A stretch of 42,332 bases of DNA from Acidimicrobiaceae bacterium (GTDB lineage: Bacteria > Actinomycetota > Acidimicrobiia > Acidimicrobiales > Ilumatobacteraceae): contig CANLAH010000001.1 in assembly GCA_947488685.1 (NCBI GenBank), positions 1 to 42,332 of the forward strand. The letters run 5' to 3'. Below are positions 19,598 through 30,400 of the stretch, in pieces. Position 1 is the first letter of the stretch. Each line of letters begins with the position of its first letter. The notes beneath the pieces were generated by a model. It was given only the letters and a program-made list of their open reading frames with translations. It searched no databases and was not told where the DNA came from. The translations under genes were made by a program, and so were the position numbers.

Positions 19598-21231
19598 AAG
19601 TCCTGCTCGTTGGAATTGTCTCGTGATCGCGACACCAGTACACGCGAAGCAAAGAGACCCTGAAGTTGGTGCATCTCCGGCACACGCAATACGTATAGGC
19701 CCACAAAATACACAATGAGGCCGGCCGTGATACACAAGAAAACTTCTCCAAAACGCGCAAGCGTTGAGACGGATGTCAGAGATAACTGCAGAAGTTGCAC
19801 GATCAGTGCCATTACGCCTGCGGCGATTGTCGCTCGCCAAACGAGTGATCCAAAGGTTGACCATTTGATGGCCCCAAATCGATGGTGCAAGACGATCAGA
19901 GAAAGCACTGCCGAGATGGAATAAGCCAGTGCGAATGCCAACCCAAGCCCCAGCACCCCATGACGGTTAACGAGAAAAATAGCGAAGAAAATATTCAGCA
20001 TGTTTTCGAAGAGATTAATAAAAAAGGGAGTTTTGGTGTCTTGGTGTGCATAGAACCCGCGCAATGCATAGATGTATACCGAGAATCCCACGAGTCCTAA
20101 TGCAAACCCCGAAAGTGCACGTGCCGTATTGTCGGCTGCTATCGAGTTGAAATGTCCGTGTTCAAGCAAGGCGCTGATGATGGGGTGCGACAAAATCAGC
20201 ATTCCCAAGGATGCAGGCAAAGTGAGTAAGCCGATCCAGCGCAGGCCATTTGTCATCCAGGTTGCAAAACCATCTCGGTCAAAGTTGTGAGCGCGACGTG
20301 CAAGTTCGGGCACAAACGTTGTGGCAATTGAGATGACCAGCAATCCGTGGGGCAGCATAAAAAAGGTGAAGGCTTTGCTGTACGCATCTTGGTCTCCGCT
20401 TCCGGGTCTTGCCAAGTTTTTGACAACAATGAGAGCGACCTGATTCGTGACGACATAGCCAAATGTCCAAGCCGATAACCGGGCAAGTGACCGAACTGAC
20501 GGATGTTTAAAGTTCGGCGCGAAACGCCACCTGAATCCCGTTGCCCGAAGCGCAGGAATAAGGACGATCGCCATCGTTGCTATACCGGCGGTCGACCCGA
20601 GCGTGAGTAGTAAAAAGAACGTTTTGTCATTGAGTACATCATCAAGAGTGGGTGTTCCGTCGCGAGTAAATGGAATCACCAACAGCGACGAAATGATGAC
20701 GATGTTCGAAAGAACCGGCGCCCAAGCAGCGGCCATAAATCGTCGATGTGCATTAAGCAAAGCGGTTGCAATGGCAGTCATTCCATAGAAAAATATTTGA
20801 ATCAAAAAAATTCGAGTCATCACTGTTCCGACATGGCGAAACTGTGATGCACTGACAGAATCACTCGGGTGCAGGGAGAACATTCGGAAAATAAGAGGTG
20901 CTGCCGCTATCGCGATGAGTGTGGCCACGGTGAGCGCAATGAGCGAGACGGTGACAATCGACTGCGTTCCTTCGTCGTCCCCAGTCTCTTTTTCTTTCGC
21001 TACTAGTTGTGTGAAAAGTGGCACTAGTCCAGCCGCAAGGACGCCTCCAATGAGCAGTTCATAAATCGAGTTGGGGGAGTTGTTGGCCCCATCAAATGCG
21101 TCTGCTAGTGCGGTTTGACCGATGATGACGCCAAAAACAATGATGCGCAGGAGTCCGGTGATGCGCGAGACGGCGGTGCCGATGGCAACGATCACGGTAT
21201 CTCGAAACATAGTTAGAGCGTAGAGGGGCAA
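19594..21231 (-). CDS. murJ: lipid II flippase MurJ/MviN
   Basis: 545 aa polytopic MOP-superfamily protein. The N-terminus ...VAIGTAVSRITGLLRIIVFGVIIG... is typical of MurJ. An alternative start exists at 21210. Confidence 0.85.
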   Translation of the reverse strand: MPLYALTMFRDTVIVAIGTAVSRITGLLRIIVFGVIIGQTALADAFDGANNSPNSIYELLIGGVLAAGLVPLFTQLVAKEKETGDDEGTQSIVTVSLIALTVATLIAIAAAPLIFRMFSLHPSDSVSASQFRHVGTVMTRIFLIQIFFYGMTAIATALLNAHRRFMAAAWAPVLSNIVIISSLLVIPFTRDGTPTLDDVLNDKTFFLLLTLGSTAGIATMAIVLIPALRATGFRWRFAPNFKHPSVRSLARLSAWTFGYVVTNQVALIVVKNLARPGSGDQDAYSKAFTFFMLPHGLLVISIATTFVPELARRAHNFDRDGFATWMTNGLRWIGLLTLPASLGMLILSHPIISALLEHGHFNSIAADNTARALSGFALGLVGFSVYIYALRGFYAHQDTKTPFFINLFENMLNIFFAIFLVNRHGVLGLGLAFALAYSISAVLSLIVLHHRFGAIKWSTFGSLVWRATIAAGVMALIVQLLQLSLTSVSTLARFGEVFLCITAGLIVYFVGLYVLRVPEMHQLQGLFASRVLVSRSRDNSNEQDF

Positions 21232-21284
21232 AGGCTTCGCCCGATTGATGCCAGTTCTGTCTTGCCGAGTACGGTTAGAGACTT

Positions 21285-22151
21285 ATGACCCACCGCTTTG
21301 ACTCAGTACAGATCGTCCGTGAAGGCCTCAAAGATGTGCATTACTTGGCCGATGACGGCATTGCCGGAGTTGTGTTCTTGGCAGATCGTCTGGCAAAGCC
21401 AGTCCTCGTCGAGGGCCCAGCGGGCACGGGTAAGACTCAACTCGCCAAGAGCGTTGCCGATTTCTTGGGCGCTCGACTGATTCGACTGCAGTGTTATGAA
21501 GGCCTTGATGAGTCAAAAGCGCTGTATGAATGGAACTACAAAAAGCAGTTGCTGCGTATTCAGGCCGATCGAAAATCAGACTCATGGGAAGACGTTCATG
21601 ATGACATTTTTGGCGAAGACTTTCTGCTGACCAGGCCATTGCTCGAGGCCATCACAAGTGAAGATCCTGTTGTGTTGTTGATCGACGAAGTCGATCGCGT
21701 TGAGGTTGAGACCGAAGCATTATTGCTCGAGATTTTGTCCGAGTATCAGGTGTCAATTCCAGAACTCGGAACAATTCAGGCCAAGCAAATTCCGTTGGTC
21801 TTTTTGACTTCCAACAACACGCGTGAACTATCAGAGGCTCTGAAGCGGCGTTGTCTCTTCTTGCATGTGGATTATCCAGACATGGAACGTGAAAAAGAAA
21901 TCGTTCTCACACGTGTTGAAGGCATTACCGAAAATCTCGCTGATCAGATTGCCCGAATTGTGCGCAGCATTCGTCAGTTAGACCTAAAAAAGGCCCCATC
22001 AGTCAGTGAGACCATCGACTGGGCTCGCACGCTCGTATTGCTCGGAATCGAACACATAGAGGCTGAGCAGGCAAAAGAGACTCTTCATATTTTGCTGAAG
22101 TACCAAACCGATATTGCCAAGGCCGCTAAAGAACTATCGATCGAAAAGTGA
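21285..22151 (+). CDS. MoxR-family (CoxD-like) AAA+ ATPase
   Basis: 288 aa. Walker A EGPAGTGKT, Walker B VLLIDEVDR, and a single AAA module of MoxR size. Confidence 0.85.
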   Translation: MTHRFDSVQIVREGLKDVHYLADDGIAGVVFLADRLAKPVLVEGPAGTGKTQLAKSVADFLGARLIRLQCYEGLDESKALYEWNYKKQLLRIQADRKSDSWEDVHDDIFGEDFLLTRPLLEAITSEDPVVLLIDEVDRVEVETEALLLEILSEYQVSIPELGTIQAKQIPLVFLTSNNTRELSEALKRRCLFLHVDYPDMEREKEIVLTRVEGITENLADQIARIVRSIRQLDLKKAPSVSETIDWARTLVLLGIEHIEAEQAKETLHILLKYQTDIAKAAKELSIEK

Positions 22152-22164
22152 AATAGGGAGGCTC

Positions 22165-23595
22165 ATGCTCGATCTTCTTTCGGGCTTCATCACAGAACTG
22201 CGCAATGCAGGACTACCGGTGAGCCTCACCGAAAACCTTGATGCCATGGAGGCAATCAAGCACATTCCAATGGAAGACCGCGATGCATTTAAATATGCTC
22301 TCGCGGCAACTCTTGTGAAAAATAATTCACATTGGCGATCGTTTGAGACAGTTTTTGAGGTCTATTTCAGTTTGCGTGGACCGGAATACGCGATTGATGG
22401 CGAAGGTAATGCAGATGAGTTCTGGCGTGAGATGCAAGAGCAACAACGCCAAGGCGAAGGCAACGGTGGTTCTGGCGGAATGGAAGGCTTGTCACCAGAA
22501 GAGCTCATGAACATTTTAATGAAGGCTCTCATGGCAGGCGATCAAGCAATGATGCGCGCTCTCGCGCGTCAGGCAGTGCAACGCTTTGCCGGAATGGAGC
22601 CAGGTCGCCCTGTTGGAGGCACCTATTACCTATACCGAACACTGCGCAACTTAGATCTTGAAGCAATGTTAGAAAAATTGATGGAAATAAGTCGCCAAGA
22701 AGTCAGCGGAGAACTCACCGCTCTCGAAGAGCGTCTCGAACGCGATGAACATGAAGATCAAATCGAAAAGTTTAAACAAGAGATCGAAGCAGAGATTCGC
22801 CGCAGATTAGTGGCGGACAGAGGCGTCGAGGCAATGGCGAAAACCTTGCGCAAGCCTTTGCCTGAAGATGTTGAGTTCATGCATGCAAGCCGCGACGAAA
22901 TGCAAAGTCTTAAAAAAGCACTCCAACCGCTGACGCGCAAACTAGCGGCGCGACTAGCCCGTAAGCGTCGACATGGGCGCAAGGGCCCATTGGACTTTCG
23001 CAGCACTGTTCGACATAGTTTGAGCTACGGCGGCGTGCCAGCAGATCCCCAATTCAAATATCCACGTCCAGCAAAGCCCGAATTGATGGTGGTTGCTGAT
23101 ATTTCGGGCAGTGTTGCAGCGTTTGCGCGATTTACGTTGATGTTGGTGTACGCGATTCAAGGACAATTCTCAAAAGTGCGATCGTTCGTGTTTATTGATG
23201 GCCTCGACGAGGTCACTGAATACTTCAAAAATACCGAAGACATCAGCGTCGCGATTCATCGGGTCAATACAGAAGCAGATGTCATCTGGGTAGACGGTCA
23301 TAGTGACTACGGGCATGCATTTGAGGTGTTCTGGAATAAGTTCGGCAAAGAAATTGGCCCCAAGACAACTGTTCTGTTACTTGGAGACGCCCGCAATAAT
23401 TACCACGCATCTGGTTCATGGGTGGTCAAAGAAATGCGTCAAAAGGCGCGGCACGTGTATTGGCTGAACCCAGAACCCAAGTCCTACTGGAACACCGGGG
23501 ACTCAATTGTTGGCGAATACGGCACCTTCACCGACGGCGTGTATGAATGTCGAAACATGCGACAACTCGAAGCCTTCGTAGAGAAACTGGCATGA
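22165..23595 (+). CDS. CoxE-like von Willebrand factor A domain protein
   Basis: ORF 22114..23595 trimmed to ATG 22165 (AGGGAGG upstream). The N-terminus LRNAGLPVSLTENLDAMEAI is typical of the VWA_CoxE family. The C-terminal VWA domain has MIDAS VVADISGS. Confidence 0.8.
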   Translation: MLDLLSGFITELRNAGLPVSLTENLDAMEAIKHIPMEDRDAFKYALAATLVKNNSHWRSFETVFEVYFSLRGPEYAIDGEGNADEFWREMQEQQRQGEGNGGSGGMEGLSPEELMNILMKALMAGDQAMMRALARQAVQRFAGMEPGRPVGGTYYLYRTLRNLDLEAMLEKLMEISRQEVSGELTALEERLERDEHEDQIEKFKQEIEAEIRRRLVADRGVEAMAKTLRKPLPEDVEFMHASRDEMQSLKKALQPLTRKLAARLARKRRHGRKGPLDFRSTVRHSLSYGGVPADPQFKYPRPAKPELMVVADISGSVAAFARFTLMLVYAIQGQFSKVRSFVFIDGLDEVTEYFKNTEDISVAIHRVNTEADVIWVDGHSDYGHAFEVFWNKFGKEIGPKTTVLLLGDARNNYHASGSWVVKEMRQKARHVYWLNPEPKSYWNTGDSIVGEYGTFTDGVYECRNMRQLEAFVEKLA

Positions 23596-24263
23596 GCAAC
23601 ACACGATTAGTGCTGATTCGGCACGGCGAGTCTCAAGTAACCGTCAAGCGCATTCTGGGTGGACCCCGATCATGCACGGGGCTATCCCCATTAGGTCGCC
23701 AACAGGCCGAGAGACTCAGAGATAGATTTTTGTCAACGGCAGAAATACGGCCAGATGTCATTATCTCGAGTGGTTACCCGCGAGCGCTTGAAACTGCCAA
23801 CATCGTGGCATCGGGGCTAGGCAGTTTGCCCGTGCAGGTTGACACTGCGTGGGGAGAACATGACCCAGGTCCTGAGTGTGACGGAATGAAATACGAAGAT
23901 TTTGTGGCACGTTTTGGTCATGTTGATTGGTCTGGTGATCCAGATGGCGTCACTTTTCTGGGCGGCGAAACCGTCGCCGAATTCAGTCAACGCGTGCGTG
24001 GAGCAGTTTTTAATGCGATCAATATGTACGAGGGCAAAACAATTGTTGTGTTTTGTCACGGCGGAGTCATTGATGCAAGTTTGCGACGTGCCCTCAATGT
24101 GCCAGTCGTTGGCGGATTCGATATCTATACGCTCAATACATCTGTGACAGAGTTCGTGCACACCGGAACAAACAAGTGGCAATTGCTTCGCTATAACGAC
24201 TCTGCGCATCTAGCAGGACTACCTTCGTCGACTCTTTCGAGTCACGAACCATCCGGAAAATAA
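23592..24263 (+). CDS. histidine phosphatase family protein (phosphoglycerate-mutase-like)
   Basis: ORF 23547..24263 trimmed to ATG 23592 (MSNTRLVLIRHGESQ, RHG motif). A second His lies in VFCHGGVI. ATGA overlap with the VWA stop. Confidence 0.8.
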   Translation: MSNTRLVLIRHGESQVTVKRILGGPRSCTGLSPLGRQQAERLRDRFLSTAEIRPDVIISSGYPRALETANIVASGLGSLPVQVDTAWGEHDPGPECDGMKYEDFVARFGHVDWSGDPDGVTFLGGETVAEFSQRVRGAVFNAINMYEGKTIVVFCHGGVIDASLRRALNVPVVGGFDIYTLNTSVTEFVHTGTNKWQLLRYNDSAHLAGLPSSTLSSHEPSGK

Positions 24264-24267
24264 CCGT

Positions 24268-25623
24268 ATGGCAGCCGTGCGCACCGTTGTTGTGGTGGGT
24301 GGGGGTACCGCTGGATGCACGGTCGCTGGAGTACTTGCCCAGAATAAAAATTTTTCAGTGATTTTGCTTGAAGCTGGTCCGCTCATTAATGACAACCAAG
24401 AACGTGACTTCTTTGGCGTATTGAAAAGTCAAGATGCATCCGTTACACATCGAAGCGTCTCATTGACCCAGACAACCTCAACTGACGATTACCTACAAGC
24501 ACGCGGGCTAGGCGGCGGCAGCGCCATCAATGCCATGGTGTCAGTTCGTGGCCACGAAGATGACTACAACAATTGGTCGCAAGAATTTGGATGCACTGAG
24601 TGGTCATGGTCAGACGTCGCTCCCGCATTTGATGCATTACCCCTCAATCTCTACGAGCCAAATGACAATGAGCTTGGGGTGGTTGGCGAAGCCCTACTGC
24701 GAGGAGTTCCAGGCGCACAGCGTTGTGCACTTGCTTGGAACAATGGTCGACAATCAGCGCGGATTTTTCTTGATGTAGCCCAACAGACCGGTGCATTAGA
24801 CGTACGAACTGGTGCCGTTGTGTCCAGAGTTTGCATCAAAGATGGCAATGCAACAGGGGTAGAACTGAGTGATGGAACGGTGATTGTTGCTGATGATGTG
24901 GTGCTCTGCAGCGGTGCTCTTGCAACCCCACATGTTTTGTGGGCGAGTGGATGTCAACATTCAGCAATTGGGCGCGGTCTTCAAGATCATCCTGCCGTCA
25001 TGTTCAGCACAACTCTAAACAAGCCTGCTGCACAGGGATTTGTTGTGACATCACATGCATCTATTGCACTCGATGGCGTGCTGGATGCCGGACAAATGAT
25101 GGCGTACAACCATCTTGGTGATGCCTCGCGCACCCTTGGCGGACTCGGCGTTGCGCTGACTCATGTGTGGTCGCGAGGACACATCAGCGTTGATGGTGCA
25201 AGTACGCGAGTGCAATTTAATATGTTGAGTGATTCGCGCGATAGACACGCGATGCGCGAGTTGGTACGTTTGGCAGTCGTCCACACGTCAACTCACGCAA
25301 TGAGCGCTATCGGTGCCGGCTGGACGTGCGATGAGAACGCTAGACCATGCTCTGAATTACTTGATATGTCAGATGACGAGCTCGATGCATGGGTGTCATC
25401 GCACCTCGGGCATCAATCACACGCCGTCGGCACTTGTCGGATGGGCAGCGCTCAAGACCCAAACGCAGTGGTGTCGCCGCATGGACAAGTGCACGGCGTG
25501 TCATCATTGTGGGTTGCTGACGCATCTGTGTTCCCTCGCATACCTCGAGCAAACACAAACCTGCCTGTCACGATGGTGGCTGCCCGGATAGCAAACTTTA
25601 TTTCGGAGAGCGCTCGGCCTTGA
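24268..25623 (+). CDS. GMC-family FAD-dependent oxidoreductase (short form)
   Basis: 451 aa. N-terminal FAD fold VVVVGGGTAGCTVAG. C-terminal HAVGTCRMG and LWVADASVFP signatures of the GMC family. Confidence 0.8.
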   Translation: MAAVRTVVVVGGGTAGCTVAGVLAQNKNFSVILLEAGPLINDNQERDFFGVLKSQDASVTHRSVSLTQTTSTDDYLQARGLGGGSAINAMVSVRGHEDDYNNWSQEFGCTEWSWSDVAPAFDALPLNLYEPNDNELGVVGEALLRGVPGAQRCALAWNNGRQSARIFLDVAQQTGALDVRTGAVVSRVCIKDGNATGVELSDGTVIVADDVVLCSGALATPHVLWASGCQHSAIGRGLQDHPAVMFSTTLNKPAAQGFVVTSHASIALDGVLDAGQMMAYNHLGDASRTLGGLGVALTHVWSRGHISVDGASTRVQFNMLSDSRDRHAMRELVRLAVVHTSTHAMSAIGAGWTCDENARPCSELLDMSDDELDAWVSSHLGHQSHAVGTCRMGSAQDPNAVVSPHGQVHGVSSLWVADASVFPRIPRANTNLPVTMVAARIANFISESARP

Positions 25624-26326
25624 TTTTTCGACGAACAACAAATATCCATCCACCAATAACACAAGCACTAAAAAAGAACCATTGGCCCGCGTAAGAGAGA
25701 TGTGACCCATTGTCAAGTGTCGGGTTGATTACTCGAGCAGGCCAGTCGCCTTCGGCAGGTGTTGAATCAAGCCGCTGAATATACATTGCTGCAATGTCGC
25801 CATCTATTTGTGCATCAATGCGCGGAATATCTATGCGTTGCCACTCCAAAACAGTGCCAGTCGAAGCATCAATCGCACCACCAAATGATCGCGTTTGAGA
25901 TCTTCGCAAAAAGCCTGTCACGCTCACAACTTGGGTAGAAGGAGCCGGCACCGATTGAGCAAGTGGGGTGAACCCTCTGTTGATTAATACAGTGATTCCA
26001 GTTGTCGTGCGCAACGGCACGACGGAGTTGACTCCAGCAGTGCCATTTTGAGACTTATTGACGATGGTGATGGCGTCCTTTGTGACGTATGAACCCGTCA
26101 CAATCACAGGTCGCCATTCGACCGATTCGGGGTCTGTTGCAGAAGTCAAGACGGACTCCATCGGAGTAACGGGTGCTGAACTATTTGAGCGCACCAGGGA
26201 GTTGAAGGCCTGACGTTGCTCAAGTCGATGAAGCTGCCAAAACCCCAGATTTATCAACAAAACAAGGCTGCTGCAGACAACGAGATGAAGCAGTAGCCAA
26301 CGAGGACGGAGAAGAAAGCGATACAT
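25598..26326 (-). CDS. SURF1-family cytochrome oxidase assembly protein
   Basis: ORF 25598..26398 trimmed to ATG 26326 (MYRFLLRPRWLLLHLVV...LGFWQLHRLEQRQ). N- and C-terminal TM helices. Confidence 0.75.
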   Translation of the reverse strand: MYRFLLRPRWLLLHLVVCSSLVLLINLGFWQLHRLEQRQAFNSLVRSNSSAPVTPMESVLTSATDPESVEWRPVIVTGSYVTKDAITIVNKSQNGTAGVNSVVPLRTTTGITVLINRGFTPLAQSVPAPSTQVVSVTGFLRRSQTRSFGGAIDASTGTVLEWQRIDIPRIDAQIDGDIAAMYIQRLDSTPAEGDWPARVINPTLDNGSHLSYAGQWFFFSACVIGGWIFVVRRKIKAERSPK

Positions 26327-26347
26327 GGTCAATCCAAAGGTAGTGCG

Positions 26348-27436
26348 GTGAGGGCATCGGACTACCGTCAAGGTGTGGCAATTGAGAACTACACCCAAGA
26401 AAATCTGACAGACGAATGGTGGTCAACCATCTTTGGGCAATCAGTCAAAGCCGGAACTGCTGCAGCCATCGGCGACGGACTCGTGGGAATGAACTTGCGC
26501 GTACCATTGAGTTCAGCGTCAGCAGACGTGCCGTCATCTGTTGTCGTTAAGTTGGCATCCAACGATCCGACAAGTCGCTTCACCGGAATCACGCTGCGCA
26601 ACTACGAGCGCGAGGTCAAGTTTTATAACGAACTCGCAGCAACAGTGGATATCCGAACGCCTCGCTGCTTTTATGCAGATTGGCACGAAACCGCCGGAGA
26701 TTTTGTCATCGTGCTTGAAGACATGTCACCTGCCGAACAAGGAAACCAAATCACCGGATGCAAACTCGGCCATGCAGAGGCCGCTATTGATGAGTTAGTG
26801 GCCCTTCACGCACCAAGGTGGAACGACCCATTGCTTTGGGAAGTTGATTTTTTACAGCGTCGCGCAACTGCAGAAGACGCGTCAGTACTGCAGATGATGT
26901 ACAGCGGCGTCAAGGGTGCATTCTTGGACACTTTTGGCGATGCAATTACGGCAACCTGTGGAGAGTCCGGCATCGATTTCGTTCATCAACTCGAAAAAGT
27001 ATTAACGCAATATGTCGGCGAAAGAGAAGAACCATTTACGGTAATCCATGGTGATTTTCGTTTAGACAACATGCTTTTTGCTTCAGCGCAGGGCGGAGCG
27101 AAATGCGTTGTTGTTGATTGGCAAACCCCCGGGCACGGTAACGGAATCGCAGATCTTGCCTATTTCATCGGAGCAGGTCTTGTGCTGCAAGATCGACGGG
27201 CGTATGAGCAACAACTCGTGGATCGCTACATAGCGGGATTGCAATCACAAGGTGTAGATGTTGATGCAGGCTGGGTGCATCGGTTGTATCGACGTGAAGC
27301 GGCAGCCGGAGTATTGATGAGCGTCGTGGCTTCTCAGATCGTTCAACGCACTGATCGCGGAGATCAGATGTTCACTGCCATGGCGACTCGCCACATTCAA
27401 CACGCACTAGACAGCGAAACATTGTCGTTGATCTAA
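26348..27436 (+). CDS. APH/CHK/EcKinase-like phosphotransferase of unknown substrate
   Basis: 362 aa. Brenner-type catalytic loop IHGDFRLDNMLF followed by VVDWQ (metal-binding Asp). The N-terminal LTDEWW segment is typical of the actinobacterial kinase family. GTG start with AAAGG upstream; an alternative GTG exists at 26375. Confidence 0.75.
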   Translation: MRASDYRQGVAIENYTQENLTDEWWSTIFGQSVKAGTAAAIGDGLVGMNLRVPLSSASADVPSSVVVKLASNDPTSRFTGITLRNYEREVKFYNELAATVDIRTPRCFYADWHETAGDFVIVLEDMSPAEQGNQITGCKLGHAEAAIDELVALHAPRWNDPLLWEVDFLQRRATAEDASVLQMMYSGVKGAFLDTFGDAITATCGESGIDFVHQLEKVLTQYVGEREEPFTVIHGDFRLDNMLFASAQGGAKCVVVDWQTPGHGNGIADLAYFIGAGLVLQDRRAYEQQLVDRYIAGLQSQGVDVDAGWVHRLYRREAAAGVLMSVVASQIVQRTDRGDQMFTAMATRHIQHALDSETLSLI

Positions 27437-30400
27437 TGAGTAAGAAATCCAATCCGGCCTTGGTTCGTTGCCGACGAATTTTAAATGAGCGAATCCGCCC
27501 GCAGATTATTGCCAATACTGCTGATCTTGAAGTATCGGCTGCGGCTTCACATTTTGAGCCTGTCAGTTTTGCTGACGCGAAGAGATTTGTTTACGAACCT
27601 TTTGTGCTCGGTTCAGCGATTGCTCCGGCGTGGCACACACGATGGTTTATCTTGCGAGGACATATTCCAAAAAATTGGGACATCGATGCCACAACGACCA
27701 CGGTCTCGGTGCACCTTGACTTGGGCTTCATGGGCAACTATGACGGCTTTCAGGTAGAGGCAATGTTGTATCGCGATGGTTACCCAGTACAAGCCATACA
27801 GCCCGATCGCAGGCGGTACACCCTTGAAGTAGTGACTTCAGGCGAGGATATTGAGTTATTTTTAGAAGTTGCGACAACTCCAATGGTGTCAAACATCTCT
27901 CATGGCAAAGAAGTAAGCGGCCCTGTTATTACTCCGTATGCAGATCCGGCCACTTCACCAATGGGATCTCTGTACCGTTTAAGTGTTGCTCAAATTGAGC
28001 GGCGTCTCGTCTCGATGGAAAAATTTGCTCTTGTATTTGAGACTGTTCTAGATCTGGCATCCGACCTAGCAACCACTGATCCGATGTGCGCGACAAGTGT
28101 TCGTGTTCTAGAAGATGCGATCGCAAGCGTCGACATCGCACACATCGCCCCACACGCACAAGGGGCAACCGAAATACTTGAGACCCTGTTGTGCTTGCAA
28201 AATGGTGACGTGGCTCACCAGATTGTGGCCACAGGACACGCCCATCTTGATACTGCTTGGTTGTGGCCATTGCGAGAGACACGACGCAAGGCTGCGCGAA
28301 CCTTTGTGAATGCGGTTGGGATGGCACGAAGGCATCCAGATCATGTCTTTAGTGCGTCTCAGGCTCAGCACTATGAGTGGGTACGACTCGATCATCCCGA
28401 GATGTTTCGTCAAATTCAACGCCTTGTTGCCGATGGGCAGTGGAGTCCGGTTGGTGGGATGTGGGTTGAAGCGGATCTCAATTTAAGCGGAGGCGAAAGT
28501 TTGTGTCGCCAGTTCTTGTATGGTCAGAGATTTTTTGAGCAGTGGTTCGGCATGCGTTCGAATGTCGCATTTTTGCCAGATGATTTTGGTTATCCCGCAG
28601 CGTTGCCTCAAATTGTGTCTCAGTCGGCCTGTTCATATTTTTTTACTCAAAAACTGTCGTGGAATGAGACCAATGTTTTTCCGCATCACTTGTTCTGGTG
28701 GGAAGGTCTTGACGGCTCAAAAGTTCTCACACATTTCAGCCCAATTGACACATATAACGCAATCAATTCTCCGTCGCAATTGCGATTTGCTGCCAGAAAC
28801 TATCTTGATCACGCAATATCTGAGACATCATTGTCTTGTTTTGGGCACGGCGATGGCGGCGGCGGCCCAACGGACGAAATGGTTCAACGCACTCAACTCC
28901 TTGCTGACGTCAGCGGAGTTCCGCGAGTACGTTTTGGCTCGCCATCCGATTTTTTTGCAGAAGTACACGAAGCATCTGGAGACATCGCGCCTACATGGGT
29001 GGGGGAGATGTATCTCGAAAAACATCGCGGCACCTTGACGTCTCAGGTGAAAACAAAACAGGCGAGCCAAGACGCCGAAAGGGCGCTTCGCGCGGCTGAG
29101 ATCTGGAGCGTCTCGGCAGGTGACTCAAGTCCTGATCTCGCGGGGCATTGGCAAAATCTTTTGACGCAACAGTTTCATGACATTTTGCCAGGGTCCTCAA
29201 TTACGTGGGTGCATCAAGATGCTGAGCGGATTCTGAGTGAGGTTATCTCTGGAGCGCGCACGATTTCAGCATCAGCACTCAAGACAAGGAACGAAACATT
29301 TTCACTGTCAGTCGTCAACGCGTCATCGTTTGATCATTGTGGGGTTGTTGTATCTGATCTGCCCGCTGGCCTTGCAGGACTGAGCACAACAGAGGATCTC
29401 GTCGTTTATCAGGACGACAAAGTATCAACTGTGCAACGCTTGTCATCAGGACGAATTGCATTCATGTGTAGCGTGCCGGCACTGAGTGTCGTTTCAGTTC
29501 GCATTGACAGGGGCGTGGCAGCCCCACCAGAGAATGCAGTCACAGCAACACAAGACGACGCAGGAACACTGGTGGCAAATGGTCGAATCGCGATACACAT
29601 TACGCCTGACGGCAATATTGACTCCTTGATCGAGGAGTCAACGCATCGTGAGGTCGGCGCCCGAGGGACTGAAATGAATTCTCTTGTATTGCGATCTGAT
29701 CAACCAGGCGAATACGACGCGTGGGATATAGATGAACCCGATACACGCGGAACCGGAGACATCATTAAGGGTTGGTCTGTTGAGCTGATTGATGCAGGGC
29801 CATTAGTAGCGACATTGCGTCGAACTAATTCCGTGGGTCCGTCCCATTTTTCACATGACATCTGGGTGTGCGCTGGTGAGTCCACTGTAAATAACGAACT
29901 GCATGTGCTCTGGAACCATGACGAGACACGTCTCCAGGTGCAGGTGCCTCTTGATATTCACGCCGGTGTAGCAACCTGCGGAACACAGTTTGGCCATATC
30001 GAACGTCCGCGACACGCCAATACTTCGTGGGACGCCGCAAAATTTGAAGTATGTGCACATCGCTATGTACATGTGGGGGAACCACGTTTTGGTGCAGCGC
30101 TCATGAGCGCTGGTCCGCATGGCTTTGATGTTCGTGGCACATCGCTTGCCATGTCGCTTTTGCGGTCGCCACGATTTCCGGACCCTGTCGCTGATCGAGG
30201 AGAACAGACTCTTCACTGGAGCATCTGGATCAACGCAGGTGAAGCATTTTCTGCGGGACTAGAGGCTCAAGCTCATCGACTGACTGATCCTGTGTACACC
30301 GTGCAGGGAGAAGCACACATCAGCGCTTGTCTGACGCACGATCTCAACGGAGTTGTTATAGAGGCAATCAAACACGCCCAGGATGGCTCTGGCGACATCG

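Noticed and set aside
21285-23595. MoxR-VWA pair considered as the maturation system for the XDH-family Mo-enzyme at 41880+
   Set aside because: The genes are about 18 kb apart, on different strands, and separated by more than 15 unrelated genes. No CODH/XDH small or medium subunits lie next to the pair in this window.
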